Below, one piece after another: positions 40,909 through 52,252 of a stretch of DNA of 64,000 nucleotides. Made by a program: the position numbers and the translations under genes. Within the stretch, counting starts at the first letter, position 1; each line of letters starts with the position of its first letter. The stretch is from an uncultured Gemmatimonadaceae bacterium (GTDB lineage Bacteria > Gemmatimonadota > Gemmatimonadetes > Gemmatimonadales > Gemmatimonadaceae), in contig CAWFQK010000004.1 of NCBI GenBank assembly GCA_963817955.1, positions 192,001 through 256,000 on the forward strand, read 5' to 3'. The notes beneath the pieces were generated by a model that saw only the letters and a list, made by a program, of their open reading frames with translations, ran no database searches and had not been told where the DNA came from.

Positions 40909-42167
40909 TGCGTCAAGGACGTCGCATCAACGTCGATCTGCCGCTCATCACCGTCGCCATTCTGCTGTCGCTGTACGGACTGGCGATCGTGTTCTCGGCC
41001 GGGCACACGGATGTTCGCACCGTGGCCACCGGCGTGTACAAGGCACAGGCCGTGTGGATGGTCCTCGGGATCTGTGCTGCGTTCGGAGTGAGCCGCGCAT
41101 CGGTCCGGCTCATGGAGTGGATGACGCTGCCGGTCTACATCTTCACGATCTTTGTGCTCGCCGCCCTACTGGTTGGCCTCGGCTCCGGCGCCGGCACGGC
41201 CACCAGCACGTCGGGCTGGCTGACGATTGGTGGGAGACGACTCGGCCAGCCGGCGGAGTTCGCAAAGCTCACCGTGGTTCTGATGCTGGCGCGCGTGCTG
41301 GCGCAGAATCGCGTTGCGCCGAAGTCACTGATTGAATTATGGAAACCGACCGTCGTGTGCGGCCTCCCATTGCTGCTCATCATGGCGCAGGGTGACCTCG
41401 GCACGTCGATCGTGTTCGTCGGGATCTTCTTCGCCATGTTGTTCTGGTCGGGTGTCGATTGGCAGCTCCTGCTGCTGCTCGCCAGCCCTGTGGTCAGCCT
41501 GGTCCTCGGCTTCGACTCGCGCATCTGGGGTGCGTGGTTCCTGTTGGTGTGCGCGTTGGTGCTTTGGTACAAGCCGTTCCTCGGGGAAGCGCTGTTCGTG
41601 GTCAGCGCGAACGTCATGGCGGGCGTCGTCAGTCCGTTGCTCTGGGAGCACTTGAAGCCTTATCGCCAGAACCGGCTCAAGGTGTTCCTCAACCCGTCCA
41701 TCGATCCGCGCGGCAGCGGCTACCACGTGTTGCAATCGATGACGGCAATTGGTTCCGGTGGATGGACGGGACGCGGATATCTCAACGGCCCGCAGAAGCG
41801 TCTCGCTTTTCTTCCCGAGCAGTACACGGACTTCATCTTTGCCGTGGTGGGCGAAGAGCTGGGATTCATCGGCGTGGCACTGGCGTTGGCGCTATTTCTA
41901 TTCCTGTTCCTGCGCGTGATACGCATCAGCGAACGGGCCAATGATTCATTCAGTAGCCTCGTCGCGTTTGGTTTGCTTGCGAGCTGGTTCACGCACGTGC
42001 TCGAGAACGTGGGCATGACGTTGAACCTCATGCCGATCACTGGCATTCCGTTGCCGTTCTTCAGCTACGGCGGGTCGTTCATGCTCGCGTGCTGGATCGC
42101 GGTGGGACTGCTGGCAAGAATCTCGAGCGAGGGCCGCGGCGGAATGACCGGCCCCCTCAAGGTCTGA
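40908..42167 (+). CDS. rodA: rod shape-determining protein RodA (SEDS)
   Basis: QPAEFAK, DLGT, LPEQYTDFIF, PITGIPLPFFSYGGS. Confidence 0.95.
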   Translation: MRQGRRINVDLPLITVAILLSLYGLAIVFSAGHTDVRTVATGVYKAQAVWMVLGICAAFGVSRASVRLMEWMTLPVYIFTIFVLAALLVGLGSGAGTATSTSGWLTIGGRRLGQPAEFAKLTVVLMLARVLAQNRVAPKSLIELWKPTVVCGLPLLLIMAQGDLGTSIVFVGIFFAMLFWSGVDWQLLLLLASPVVSLVLGFDSRIWGAWFLLVCALVLWYKPFLGEALFVVSANVMAGVVSPLLWEHLKPYRQNRLKVFLNPSIDPRGSGYHVLQSMTAIGSGGWTGRGYLNGPQKRLAFLPEQYTDFIFAVVGEELGFIGVALALALFLFLFLRVIRISERANDSFSSLVAFGLLASWFTHVLENVGMTLNLMPITGIPLPFFSYGGSFMLACWIAVGLLARISSEGRGGMTGPLKV

Positions 42168-42263
42168 TCGGCCCCCAATTCCGGCGTCGCGGGCATTCAC
42201 TTTGAACGGGCCCGCACATTGGCGGCCCTAGCCGTCCCGCTCCCTTTCGGCCAAATTCCAGGG

Positions 42264-43121
42264 ATGGCATGGTTCCGAAAGGAGAAGAAGCCCCGGCAAC
42301 CGCGGCGCGAACGGCTCGAAATTCCCGCCGACGTCTGGGAGAAGTGTGAAGCCTGCGGGCACACCGATATCCGCGAGAAGTTCGAGCGGAACACGAACGT
42401 TTGCCCGAGTTGCGATTATCACCGTCGCATTCGGGCCGCGGACTACTGCAACCTGCTGCTCGACGAGGGAACCATGGAGGAGGTCGAAGTCGACCTACGC
42501 TCCACGGATCCGTTGGGGTTTCCCGACTATCCCGCGCGTCTGAAGCGGGCGATTGCCAGCGCGGGCGACACCGATGCGTTGCTCGCCTGCACCGGAACAC
42601 TGGATTCGCTTCCCGTGAACCTTGGCGTGATGGACTTTGCATTCATGGGCGGTTCCATGGGCTCGGTCGTCGGTGAGAAGATCGCGCGACTCGGCTTGCG
42701 GTCGCTCGAGCGCAAGTACGCGCTCATCATTGTCTCGGCATCGGGTGGCGCGCGTATGCAGGAGGGCGTGCTGTCGCTCATGCAAATGGCGAAAGTCTCA
42801 GCCGTCCTGGCGCAGCTCGCCGAACGCCGAATCCCGTACATCTCCATCCTCACCAACCCAACGACGGGCGGCGTGAGTGCCAGCTACGCAATGCTTGGCG
42901 ACGCGATTCTCGCCGAACCGGGCGCCGTGATCGGCTTCGCCGGCCCACGAGTGATCAAGCAGACGCTCGGTCAGGATTTGCCCGAGGGCTTTCAGACCTC
43001 CGAATTCCTGCTCGATCACGGCATGCTCGACGGCGTAACCCATCGCCGTAATCTCAAGCGAACGGTCAGCCAATTGCTGCGGCACATGACCGGACGTCCC
43101 GCGGCGGCGGGGTGGACGTAG
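42264..43121 (+). CDS. accD: acetyl-CoA carboxylase carboxyltransferase beta
   Basis: C4 zinc finger, FMGGSMGSVVGEK, SGGARMQEG, PTTGGVSAS. Confidence 0.96.
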   Translation: MAWFRKEKKPRQPRRERLEIPADVWEKCEACGHTDIREKFERNTNVCPSCDYHRRIRAADYCNLLLDEGTMEEVEVDLRSTDPLGFPDYPARLKRAIASAGDTDALLACTGTLDSLPVNLGVMDFAFMGGSMGSVVGEKIARLGLRSLERKYALIIVSASGGARMQEGVLSLMQMAKVSAVLAQLAERRIPYISILTNPTTGGVSASYAMLGDAILAEPGAVIGFAGPRVIKQTLGQDLPEGFQTSEFLLDHGMLDGVTHRRNLKRTVSQLLRHMTGRPAAAGWT

Positions 43122-43128
43122 GCCTGAC

Positions 43129-44424
43129 GTGGTGATGACCGCTTCGCACGCCGGGTACAAGGACGCACTCGACTATCTGTTCGCGCGAACGACCGGCGGG
43201 TTCAAGTTTGGCCTCGAACGGACCTACGCGCTGCTGGAGCGTCTCGGAAACCCACAATCGCGATATCCATCGATCCACGTCGCTGGAACGAATGGAAAGG
43301 GCAGCAGCGTCGCCACGATGGCGGCACTGCTCGCCGCTCGCGGGCACCGCGTGGCAACGTATACGTCGCCGCACCTCGTGGACTTCCGCGAGCGGATGCT
43401 CGTCGGAGGGCGTCCCATTCCGTCCGACGACGTGGTCGCCTTCGTCACTCGGCATCTGCCGATCGTCGAATCGATTGGCGCCAGCTTCTTTGAGGCGACC
43501 ACCGCAATGGCCTTCGACTATTTCGCCCGCGCCGGTGCCGAGGTTGCGGTGATCGAGGCGGGACTCGGCGGGCGCCTCGATTCCACGAACGTGCTGACAC
43601 CGCTCGTTGCCGGCGTTACGTCCATCGGACTGGATCACACAGAGTATCTGGGCGCCACGGTGGAAGACATTGCGCGCGAGAAGGCGGGCATCTTCAAGGC
43701 CGGCCGCCCGGCTGTGATCGGCGAGCGGAATCCGCACATCCGCACACTGCTCGCGGAGCAGGCGCGCGCCGCCGGCGCCTCAACGGTTCGTATCGTTGCC
43801 GATGAGGTGACGCTTCACCGCGTTTCGGTCGAAGACGACGGCACGACGTGCGACCTGGAGTGGCGCGGTCAACGTGCCACGCTGCGTACGCCGCTGGCCG
43901 GCGAACACCAGGCACTGAATCTGGCGTTTTCGCTCGTCACGCTCGACGCCGCCGGCCCAGCATATGGCGTGGCGCTGTCCGATGCCGCGTCACATCTCGA
44001 TGACGTGTATATGCCGGGCCGCTTTGAGCATATCGGCCAGTTCATCTTCGACGTGGCGCACAATCCGGCCGGCTCCAATGTCCTCGCCCAGACCATTGGG
44101 GCCGTGGCGCCGCCCCAGCCGGTCGCGGTCGTCTTGTGTGTGCTTCGAGACAAGGATTGGCGCGACATGATTCGTGTCCTCAGCAACGTGAGCTCGCACT
44201 TCGTTCTCACGAACGCACCGACCGCGCCCACGAGTCGGGCTTGGGATATCGACGAAGTCGCCGCGTTTGTGCGGGAGCTCGGTCTCCGCGCGGACGTGCA
44301 CCCGGACCTCGGTCAGGCGCTCGACACGGCGCGGGCCGCAGCCCCCACGGTGCTCGTCACGGGATCCTTCCACACCGTGGGTGACGCGATGACGCTGCTC
44401 CGCCTGTCGCCCTTGGGCGCGTAG
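43129..44424 (+). CDS. folC: folylpolyglutamate/dihydrofolate synthase
   Basis: HVAGTNGKGS, YTSPHL, EAGLGGRLDSTN, DVAHNP. Confidence 0.95.
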   Translation: MVMTASHAGYKDALDYLFARTTGGFKFGLERTYALLERLGNPQSRYPSIHVAGTNGKGSSVATMAALLAARGHRVATYTSPHLVDFRERMLVGGRPIPSDDVVAFVTRHLPIVESIGASFFEATTAMAFDYFARAGAEVAVIEAGLGGRLDSTNVLTPLVAGVTSIGLDHTEYLGATVEDIAREKAGIFKAGRPAVIGERNPHIRTLLAEQARAAGASTVRIVADEVTLHRVSVEDDGTTCDLEWRGQRATLRTPLAGEHQALNLAFSLVTLDAAGPAYGVALSDAASHLDDVYMPGRFEHIGQFIFDVAHNPAGSNVLAQTIGAVAPPQPVAVVLCVLRDKDWRDMIRVLSNVSSHFVLTNAPTAPTSRAWDIDEVAAFVRELGLRADVHPDLGQALDTARAAAPTVLVTGSFHTVGDAMTLLRLSPLGA

Positions 44425-44503
44425 GCTGCTCCGACGCCGCAAGCTGCGGGCATACGGAGCGCGCGGGGTTCACGGAAATCCCTGAGGCGCCTAGTTTTAC
44501 GGG

Positions 44504-45781
44504 ATGGCCCAAGGCGCCCTCCCCGGATTCCGGGACTTCTACCCAGAGCAGTTCGCCGAGCGCGCCCACATCATGGATGTGTGGCGCCGCGTGGCGCGTG
44601 GCTTCGCATTTGTGGAGTATGACGGCCCCCCGCTCGAACCCCTCGAACTCTATACCAAGAAGAGCGGGGAGGAGATCGTCGGACAACTGTACAACTTCAA
44701 GGACAAGGGCGACCGCGAAGTCTCGCTGCGTCCCGAGATGACGCCAACCCTCGCGCGCATGGCCGCGGCGAGGGCCAACGCGCTCCGCAAACCGATTCGC
44801 TGGTTCTCAATTCCGCAGCTCTTTCGGTATGAGCGGCAGCAACGCGGCCGACTGCGCGAACACTTCCAGCTCAACGTCGATATCATCGGCGAAGCGGATG
44901 TCACGGCGGATGCCGAACTGCTCGCCGCGGCGATCGAGATCATGCGGGGATGCGGGCTGTCGTCCGACGACGTGCGGGCACGCGTCTCTGATCGGCGCCT
45001 GCTGCGCGCGCTCTTGACGGCGCTCGGCGTGAGCGACGAGCAGGCGCCGGCCGTATTCAGCGTCGTCGACAAGCTCGAACGCCAGCCTCGCGATATCTCA
45101 CGCCAGAAGCTGGCCGCGGCAGGCATGTCAGACGCAGCGATCGAGTCGCTGTTCTCGCTGATGGGCGACGTCACACTCGAGGAGATCGAACGACGGTTCG
45201 GTGAATCGGCAGCGGTCGCGGCCCTCGTCACGGAATTCCGCCGCTATTTTGCCTACCTCGACGGGCTGAATGTGCTCGACTGGGTGACGATCGACCTCAA
45301 GATCGTTCGCGGCTTGGCGTATTACACGGGCATTGTCTTTGAGTTGTTCGACGCCAAGGGCGAGTTGCGCGCCATCTGCGGCGGCGGCCGATACGACAGC
45401 CTGCTGCAGTCGCTCGGCGGCGTCGATCTCCCGGCGCTCGGTTTCGGCATGGGCGACGTCGTGCTCGGCGAACTGCTGCGCGATCGTGGCTTGCTGCCGA
45501 CGAAAACCGAAGGGCCCCAGGTGTGGATCATCGGCGAGACCCCCGCGATGGCGCATGCGGTGCGTCGCGCGGCGACGGCGCTGAGACATCACGAGATCAG
45601 CGTAGAGTACGCGCTACGCGATCAGCAGGTTATGAAGCAGGTGAAGGCAGCGAAGTCGGCAGGCGCTGAATTCATCCTGACGCTCCACGATCCGGACAAT
45701 CAGGCAGAGCACGGGCGCCACTCGTGGCATCCCGAGCCGCCGCCGGCCTGGAATGACATTATCGAGACGATCGACCGGTAG
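44504..45781 (+). CDS. hisS: histidine--tRNA ligase
   Basis: LRPEMTP, FRYERQQRGRLREHFQ, RGLAYYTG, GGGRYD. Confidence 0.96.
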   Translation: MAQGALPGFRDFYPEQFAERAHIMDVWRRVARGFAFVEYDGPPLEPLELYTKKSGEEIVGQLYNFKDKGDREVSLRPEMTPTLARMAAARANALRKPIRWFSIPQLFRYERQQRGRLREHFQLNVDIIGEADVTADAELLAAAIEIMRGCGLSSDDVRARVSDRRLLRALLTALGVSDEQAPAVFSVVDKLERQPRDISRQKLAAAGMSDAAIESLFSLMGDVTLEEIERRFGESAAVAALVTEFRRYFAYLDGLNVLDWVTIDLKIVRGLAYYTGIVFELFDAKGELRAICGGGRYDSLLQSLGGVDLPALGFGMGDVVLGELLRDRGLLPTKTEGPQVWIIGETPAMAHAVRRAATALRHHEISVEYALRDQQVMKQVKAAKSAGAEFILTLHDPDNQAEHGRHSWHPEPPPAWNDIIETIDR

Positions 45782-45805
45782 TCCTCTCATTGCACGAATA
45801 CATCA

Positions 45806-47278
45806 ATGGCTGACGACAAGAAGCTCACGACGCGCGACGCAGATTTCAGCGCCTGGTACAACGAAGCGGTGCTGCGGGCCGAGCTCGCGGACTACTCCCC
45901 CGTGCGCGGCTGCATGGTCATTCGTCCCAATGGCTACGGCATCTGGGAGCGGATGCAGCGCGCCCTCGACGATATGTTCAAGGCGACCGGGCACCAGAAC
46001 GCGTATTTCCCGCTGTTCATTCCCGAGAGCTTCCTCCACAAGGAGGCGGAGCACGTCGAAGGCTTTGCACCGGAGACCGCGGTCGTGACGCACGGTGGCG
46101 GCAAGAAGCTCGACGAGCCGCTGATCGTCCGACCCACGTCGGAGACGATCATCTATGCGATGTTCGCCAAATGGGTGCAGAGTTACCGGGACCTGCCGCT
46201 GCTCATCAACCAGTGGGCCAACGTCGTTCGGTGGGAAATGCGCACGCGCCTGTTCCTCCGTACACTGGAGTTCCTGTGGCAAGAAGGTCACACGGCGCAC
46301 GCCACCCATGACGAGGCAGAGGAGGAAGCACGCCGAATGCTCGGCGTGTATTCGGATTTCATGGAAGGCTGGATGGCGATGCCGGTCATTACCGGACAGA
46401 AGACTGAATCCGAGAAATTTGCCGGGGCGCTGCGCACCTATGCGTGCGAGGCGATGATGCAGGATAACAAGGCGCTGCAGGCCGGCACGTCGCACAACCT
46501 GGGTCAGAACTTCGCCAAGGCCTTTGATTTGAAGTTCCAGGCGGAGCATGGCGGACAGGAGTTTGCCTGGAACACGAGTTGGGGCGTGTCGACGCGCCTG
46601 GTCGGTGGGCTGGTGATGACGCATGGCGACGATAATGGGCTGCGTACTCCGCCGTTGCTCGCGCCGATCGAACTCGTCATCGTGCCGATCTACAAGACCG
46701 ACGAAGAGCGCAGCCGAGTGCTCGAGGCAGCCGATCGCGTGATGCAGCGGATGCAGGATTGGGAACGGCGCGATCCTGGCCGTTTGCGCGTGCACGTGGA
46801 TGCGCGCGAAGGCATCAAGCCCGGCGCGAAATACTACGAGTGGGAGCTTCGCGGTATACCGCTGCGCATGGAGCTCGGGCCGCGTGACCTGGACAAGAAC
46901 CAGGCCGTGCTCGTCCGCCGTGATACGCGCGAAAAGCGGCCGGTGTCACTGGATACCGTGGGCGAGGATGTCAATGAACTGCTCATCCGCATTCAGGACG
47001 ACATGCTCATCGCGGCGCGCGAGCGCCGCGAACAGAACAGCGTTCGACACAAGATCAGCTATGATGATTTCCAGGCATTGATGCGTGGCAAGGGCGGGTT
47101 CGTGTATGCCGGCTGGTGCGGTAGCGCCGAATGCGAGCAGCAGGTGAAGGAGGACACGAAGGCGACGATTCGTGTTTTGCCGGACGAGGAATTCCGCTCG
47201 GCCGAGGCGCCGGCGACATGCCTCAAGTGCGGCAGCAGCAAGTCGGTCGTCGAGGCGCTATGGGCCAAGGCGTACTGA
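45806..47278 (+). CDS. proS: proline--tRNA ligase (archaeal/eukaryote-like type)
   Basis: [35 protein letters not shown]-terminal AKAY. Confidence 0.96.
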   Translation: MADDKKLTTRDADFSAWYNEAVLRAELADYSPVRGCMVIRPNGYGIWERMQRALDDMFKATGHQNAYFPLFIPESFLHKEAEHVEGFAPETAVVTHGGGKKLDEPLIVRPTSETIIYAMFAKWVQSYRDLPLLINQWANVVRWEMRTRLFLRTLEFLWQEGHTAHATHDEAEEEARRMLGVYSDFMEGWMAMPVITGQKTESEKFAGALRTYACEAMMQDNKALQAGTSHNLGQNFAKAFDLKFQAEHGGQEFAWNTSWGVSTRLVGGLVMTHGDDNGLRTPPLLAPIELVIVPIYKTDEERSRVLEAADRVMQRMQDWERRDPGRLRVHVDAREGIKPGAKYYEWELRGIPLRMELGPRDLDKNQAVLVRRDTREKRPVSLDTVGEDVNELLIRIQDDMLIAARERREQNSVRHKISYDDFQALMRGKGGFVYAGWCGSAECEQQVKEDTKATIRVLPDEEFRSAEAPATCLKCGSSKSVVEALWAKAY

Positions 47279-48561
47279 CGACCGGCTTCACCCGCGTCGA
47301 TGGGACGCTGCAGTGCGAAGGTGTTTCACTCGAGCGCATCGCGCGCGAGGTCGGAACACCGGTGTACGTGTACAGTGCATCCACGATTCGCGATCGGTAT
47401 CAGCGACTCGAATCGATACTGGCGCCGGTGCCGCATCGCATTCACTACACGCTCAAGGCGAACTCGAGCCGTGGTGTGCTCGATGTGCTCCGCGCGCTCG
47501 GTGCCGCGGTGGACGTCGTGTCGGGCGGCGAACTGCACCGCGCGCTCCGGGCCGGCTTTGCGCCATCGGATATCATCTTCGGCGGAGTCGGCAAGACGGA
47601 GCGAGAGCTTGCCGAGGCGCTCGATGCGAACATTCTCATGATCAATGCCGAGAGCGCTGGCGAGGTGCGCCTGCTCGATCGGCTTGCGGGCGAGCGCGGG
47701 ATCACGGCGCGCGTGGCGCTGCGCGTCAATCCGGAAGTCACGGTCGATGCGCCGCACGAGTACATCAAGACGGGCGGCAAAGGACACAAGTTCGGCATAC
47801 CGCATGACGACGTCGTGCACGTCGCCACGATCGCCAACGAATTAGCGCACATTGAGCTGGTGGGCCTTGACATGCACCTTGGCTCACAGCTCTCGCGCAT
47901 CGATCCGTATCGTGAGGGTGCGGAACGATTGGCGTCACTCTTCGCGGAGCTACAACAGCGCGGCCTCGGCTCGCTCCGGTATTTCGATATCGGCGGGGGT
48001 TTGGGTGTGCGCTACGACACGGAACAGCCGCCGGATTTACGGCGTTTCGCTGAACTGGTGCTGCCGACAGTCGCCGACACGGGTCTCCAGCTCATCATGG
48101 AGCCGGGACGATTCATCGTCGGGAACGCGGCGGTGCTCATCTCGACGGTGCTCTATCGCAAGCGAAGCGGCGGCAAAGATTACGTCGTCGTGGACGCCGG
48201 GATGACCGAGTTGTTGCGACCATCGCACTATGGCGCCTACCACCGCGTCATGGCGATGCAACAGAGATCGGAGCGCACGACAGTGGACGTCGTGGGCCCG
48301 GTGTGCGAGAGCGGTGACTTTCTCGCCCTTGACCGCGAGCTGGATGACGTCGCCCCGGGCGACTTCCTGGTCATCGCCGACGTCGGTGCGTACGGGTATG
48401 CGATGGCGTCGAATTACAACAGCCGGCTGCGCCCGGCCGAAGTCATGGTGGACGGAGATCGATACGCAGTCATCACCGCGCGAGAGCAGTATGACGATCT
48501 GCTGCGACTCGAGATTACCCAGCCAGAATGGAGGAGGGGAAGCAGATGCGCGTTGGATTGA
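47260..48561 (+). CDS. lysA: diaminopimelate decarboxylase
   Basis: [45 protein letters not shown]; start approximate. Confidence 0.95.
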   Translation: MGQGVLTTGFTRVDGTLQCEGVSLERIAREVGTPVYVYSASTIRDRYQRLESILAPVPHRIHYTLKANSSRGVLDVLRALGAAVDVVSGGELHRALRAGFAPSDIIFGGVGKTERELAEALDANILMINAESAGEVRLLDRLAGERGITARVALRVNPEVTVDAPHEYIKTGGKGHKFGIPHDDVVHVATIANELAHIELVGLDMHLGSQLSRIDPYREGAERLASLFAELQQRGLGSLRYFDIGGGLGVRYDTEQPPDLRRFAELVLPTVADTGLQLIMEPGRFIVGNAAVLISTVLYRKRSGGKDYVVVDAGMTELLRPSHYGAYHRVMAMQQRSERTTVDVVGPVCESGDFLALDRELDDVAPGDFLVIADVGAYGYAMASNYNSRLRPAEVMVDGDRYAVITAREQYDDLLRLEITQPEWRRGSRCALD

Positions 48562-49055
48562 TCGCCGATACCCACGATCGCCTGCCCGCCATCGCCGAGC
48601 TCGTACGCCAGATGCAGGCGTCGGGGATCGGGATGGTCTTGCACGCCGGTGACTACTGTTCGCCCTTTGCGCTCAAAGCGTTCGAGGAAGCGCACATGTC
48701 GGTGGCCGGTGTCTTCGGCAAGAACGACGGGGACCGGCAGGGACTGGTGTCGCGTGCACAGACGGCGTTCGGCGCCGAGCTGTTCGAGGCGCCGCACAGC
48801 TTTGAGATGGCGGGACATCGCATCTTGCTCGTCCATGACATCGGCGACGTGAACAAGCGCTCGATTGCATCGCACGAGATTGTCATCCACGGCCACACGC
48901 ACCAGCAGGAAATGAAGACGCGCGGCGACACGCTCATCGTCAACCCGGGCGAAGGCTGCGGATGGCTGTACGGCACGCCGTCGGCGGCGATTCTCGATCT
49001 CGATTCGCGCGACGTGGAATTCCTCACCCTCGCCGGACCGGAGTGGAAATACTAG
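48546..49055 (+). CDS. YfcE-like metallophosphoesterase
   Basis: ADTHD, HAGD, GKND, HGHTH, NPGE. Confidence 0.9.
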   Translation: MRVGLIADTHDRLPAIAELVRQMQASGIGMVLHAGDYCSPFALKAFEEAHMSVAGVFGKNDGDRQGLVSRAQTAFGAELFEAPHSFEMAGHRILLVHDIGDVNKRSIASHEIVIHGHTHQQEMKTRGDTLIVNPGEGCGWLYGTPSAAILDLDSRDVEFLTLAGPEWKY

Positions 49056-49056
49056 C

Positions 49057-50601
49057 GTGACCTCCCGCATCCTCATCATCGACTACGGTTCGCAATTCAC
49101 GCAGCTGATCGCGCGGCGTGTCCGCGAGGCGCGGGTCTATTCGGAGATTCACCCGCCAACGCGCAGCCTGGAATGGATTCGAGACTGGAAGCCGACGGGG
49201 ATCATTCTCAGCGGCGGACCGAATTCTGTGTACGACGAAGGTGCACCGGGCGCTGATCCTGGCCTGCTCGACGTGGCGCCTATCCTGGCGATCTGCTATG
49301 GGATGCAGCTGGTCGCCCATCTGTCGCACGGCGAGGTGATCGGCGCGGGACGACGCGAGTACGGCCGCGCCGACGTGCAGGTGGAGGAGGCGACTGGGTT
49401 ATTCGACGGATTTGCACCGCATGAGTCGATGACCGCGTGGATGAGTCACGGGGACCATGTGGACGTGCCGCCGGCGGGATACGTCGTCACGGCATCGAGC
49501 GGCAGCGTGCCGATCGTCGCGATGCGCCATCGCGACAAGCCAATCCATTGCGTGCAGTTCCACCCCGAAGTGGCACACACGCCGCGCGGCAGCGAGTTGA
49601 TTGCTAACTTCTTATTCAATATTTGTTGCGCCGAGCCAAGCTGGACACCGGGTGCGTTCGTTGAGAGTGAGGTGCAGAAGATCCGCGAGCTCGTCGGCAC
49701 GTCGCGTGTGATCTGTGGTCTGTCAGGGGGCGTGGACTCGTCGGTGGCCGCGGCCCTGGTGCACCGGGCGATTGGCGACCAACTCACGTGCGTGTTCGTC
49801 GATACGGGCTTGCTCCGCCTGCACGAACGCGAGCAGGTTGAGCGCACATTCAAGGCGAACCTCGGCATCGAGCTCGTGACCGTGGACGCATCCAAGCGGT
49901 TCCTCGATGCGCTCGCCGGGATCGAGGAGCCCGAAGCCAAGCGCAAGATCATCGGCCACACGTTCATCGACGTCTTCGAGGCTGCTACGAGCGGCGCGGG
50001 GAAGGGGGCGGAGTTCCTGGTGCAAGGCACCCTGTATCCCGATGTGATCGAGTCGTTCTCGCCGCGAGGCGGACCATCGGTGACGATCAAGACGCACCAC
50101 AACGTGGGCGGCCTCAAACCGGACATGAAGTTCAAGCTGATCGAGCCGCTCCGCGAGCTCTTCAAGGACGAAGTGCGCAACGTGGGCCGCGAGCTTGGAT
50201 TGCCAGAGGACATGGTCGGCCGACATCCGTTCCCTGGCCCCGGACTCGGCATCCGCGTCCTCGGCGCCGTGAACGACTCGGCGCTCGACGTGCTGCGTCG
50301 GGCAGACGCCATCTACCTCGACGAAATCCGGAACGCCGGCTTGTACGACGAGATCTGGCAGGCCTTCGCCGTGCTGCTGCCGGTGCGAAGCGTCGGCGTC
50401 ATGGGCGACTATCGAACGTACGAGAACGTCGTCGCGCTCCGCGCGGTGACGAGCACGGATGGCATGACGGCCGACTGGTACCCATTCCCACACGACGTAC
50501 TGGGTCGCATCTCCAACCGCATCATCAATGAAGTCCGCGGCGTGAATCGCGTCGTGTACGACGTCAGCTCCAAGCCGCCGGCGACGATCGAGTGGGAATG
50601 A
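49057..50601 (+). CDS. guaA: GMP synthase (glutamine-hydrolysing)
   Basis: [35 protein letters not shown]. Confidence 0.98.
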   Translation: MTSRILIIDYGSQFTQLIARRVREARVYSEIHPPTRSLEWIRDWKPTGIILSGGPNSVYDEGAPGADPGLLDVAPILAICYGMQLVAHLSHGEVIGAGRREYGRADVQVEEATGLFDGFAPHESMTAWMSHGDHVDVPPAGYVVTASSGSVPIVAMRHRDKPIHCVQFHPEVAHTPRGSELIANFLFNICCAEPSWTPGAFVESEVQKIRELVGTSRVICGLSGGVDSSVAAALVHRAIGDQLTCVFVDTGLLRLHEREQVERTFKANLGIELVTVDASKRFLDALAGIEEPEAKRKIIGHTFIDVFEAATSGAGKGAEFLVQGTLYPDVIESFSPRGGPSVTIKTHHNVGGLKPDMKFKLIEPLRELFKDEVRNVGRELGLPEDMVGRHPFPGPGLGIRVLGAVNDSALDVLRRADAIYLDEIRNAGLYDEIWQAFAVLLPVRSVGVMGDYRTYENVVALRAVTSTDGMTADWYPFPHDVLGRISNRIINEVRGVNRVVYDVSSKPPATIEWE

Positions 50602-50684
50602 TCCGCCGGTCGACACCCGGAGTCCAATCCGATCTCCCAGGTCCTTCGCTGATCAGTTGTCAGTGGTGAGTTGTCAGTTGTCAG

Positions 50685-52072
50685 GGTACAAACCGGTCTG
50701 ATAGGTGAGCCACAAACCGGGCTGATAGGTGAGCTTGGTGAGACAGCCTTACGTTCGGACATCTTCTGGGAGGTGTCCGTGCCTTGGCAAGAGAGTTCAC
50801 CGATGTCGGAACGATTGGCGTTTGTGCAACAGTGCATTCGGCGGAGAGAATCGCTCCGCGCCGTCTGTGCCGAGTTTGGCATTAGCGAGAAGACCGGCCA
50901 TAAGTGGCTGAACCGCTTTGCGACCGACGGGCCGGCGGGCCTCGCGGATCGCTCGCATGCCCGACACGGGCAGGCCCACCAAATGTCGCCCGCCATGGCC
51001 GCCCGCATCATCGCGTTGCGGAAGCGCCACCCGCTGTACGGGCCAGAGAAGCTGCGGGATTGGCTGCAGCTGCACGAACCGGCGGGAGGACGGTGGCCCG
51101 CCGCCAGCACGATCGGGGCGCTGCTCAAACGGGCCGGCCTGGTCGACTCAAGACGCCGGCGCGGCCGGACGCATGCCCGCCTGGCGAGTGGGCGCACCGC
51201 CGCGACCGCCCCGAACGTGGTCTGGACGGCGGATTTCAAAGGGGAATTCGCGCTCTCAGGCGGCGGGCCCGAATGCTACCCCCTGACCGTGTTGGATCTG
51301 CACAGCCATTTTCTCCTCGGCTGCACCGCCCTGCGCAGTACCGCGGTCCCCACGGCCCGCCAGTGCTTCCAGCGCTTGTTCCGCGAGTACGGGCTCCCCG
51401 AGGTCCTCCGCACGGACAACGGCGTGCCATTCGCCCAGCCCAACGCGATCGGCCGCCTCGGCTCCCTGGCGTTCTGGTGGGTGCGGTTGGGCATCCGGCC
51501 CGAGCACACGCCGCCGGGCCAGCCTGCCGCCAACGGCGCGCACGAGCGGTTTCACAGAACCCTCAAGGCCCACACGCTGGACCCGCCCGCGCCCTCGTTC
51601 GTGGCGCAGCAGCGCCGGTTCGATCGCTTTCGCAGCGAATACAACGACGAGCGGCCCCACGCCAGCGTCGCCGGACACCGTCCCCCGGGCGCGGACTATC
51701 ACGGCTCGCCGCGGGCCTATCCGCGCCGCCTGCCCCCGATGTGCTATCCGGAGGGGACCGTGGTGCGCCGCGTCAGCAGCGCCGGCGCGATCAAGGTGCG
51801 CGAGGTCAGCTACTCGCTCTCGCACAACCTGGCCGGCGAAGACGTGCGCCTGACGGACACGCACGATGATCGCCTCATTGTGGCCTACGGACCGCTCGAG
51901 CTGGGAGAGATTCTGCTCGCCACCAATCGGTTTCTCCCGAACGTCCGTTGGACGTTCCCTTTGACTCCCGCCCCGTGAGGGGATTGCTTCTGGTCTCCAG
52001 AGACCACCCTGCTGCCATGCGAGGCTTACCTATCAGCCCGGATAATTGCTCACCTATCAGCCCGTTACTTCA
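50685..52072 (+). mobile_element. IS481-family insertion sequence (ends approximate)
   Basis: Single transposase; left end carries ACAAACCGG[T/G]CTGATAGGTGAGC twice (50688, 50712); right end carries inverted GCT[T/C]ACCTATCAGCCCG twice (52024, 52048). Confidence 0.85.
50779..51978 (+). CDS. IS481-family DDE transposase
   Basis: GGAGG RBS, MPW start, HTH (FGISEKTGHKWLNR), WTADFKG, RTDNG.PF, NGAHERFHRTLK, YNDERPH. Confidence 0.92.
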   Translation: MPWQESSPMSERLAFVQQCIRRRESLRAVCAEFGISEKTGHKWLNRFATDGPAGLADRSHARHGQAHQMSPAMAARIIALRKRHPLYGPEKLRDWLQLHEPAGGRWPAASTIGALLKRAGLVDSRRRRGRTHARLASGRTAATAPNVVWTADFKGEFALSGGGPECYPLTVLDLHSHFLLGCTALRSTAVPTARQCFQRLFREYGLPEVLRTDNGVPFAQPNAIGRLGSLAFWWVRLGIRPEHTPPGQPAANGAHERFHRTLKAHTLDPPAPSFVAQQRRFDRFRSEYNDERPHASVAGHRPPGADYHGSPRAYPRRLPPMCYPEGTVVRRVSSAGAIKVREVSYSLSHNLAGEDVRLTDTHDDRLIVAYGPLELGEILLATNRFLPNVRWTFPLTPAP

Positions 52073-52201
52073 CGGGTCATGCGCACCAGGGCGCCTGGCT
52101 CGCAGGCCACTATCGCCGGTCGGCGAGGTTCGGGTGTCCAGTGGTGAGTCGTGAGTTGTGAGTTTCTAAGAACGCACCACGCATCACTATGAAGGGTAGG
52201 A

Positions 52202-52235
52202 ACGCGAACGGCCGCCCGAGGGCGGCCGTTCGCGT
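52202..52235. terminator. strong hairpin between the convergent IS and hypothetical gene
   Basis: ACGCGAACGGCCGCC-CGAG-GGCGGCCGTTCGCGT. Confidence 0.7.
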
Positions 52236-52252
52236 CTACTGCGGAGTGTGAC

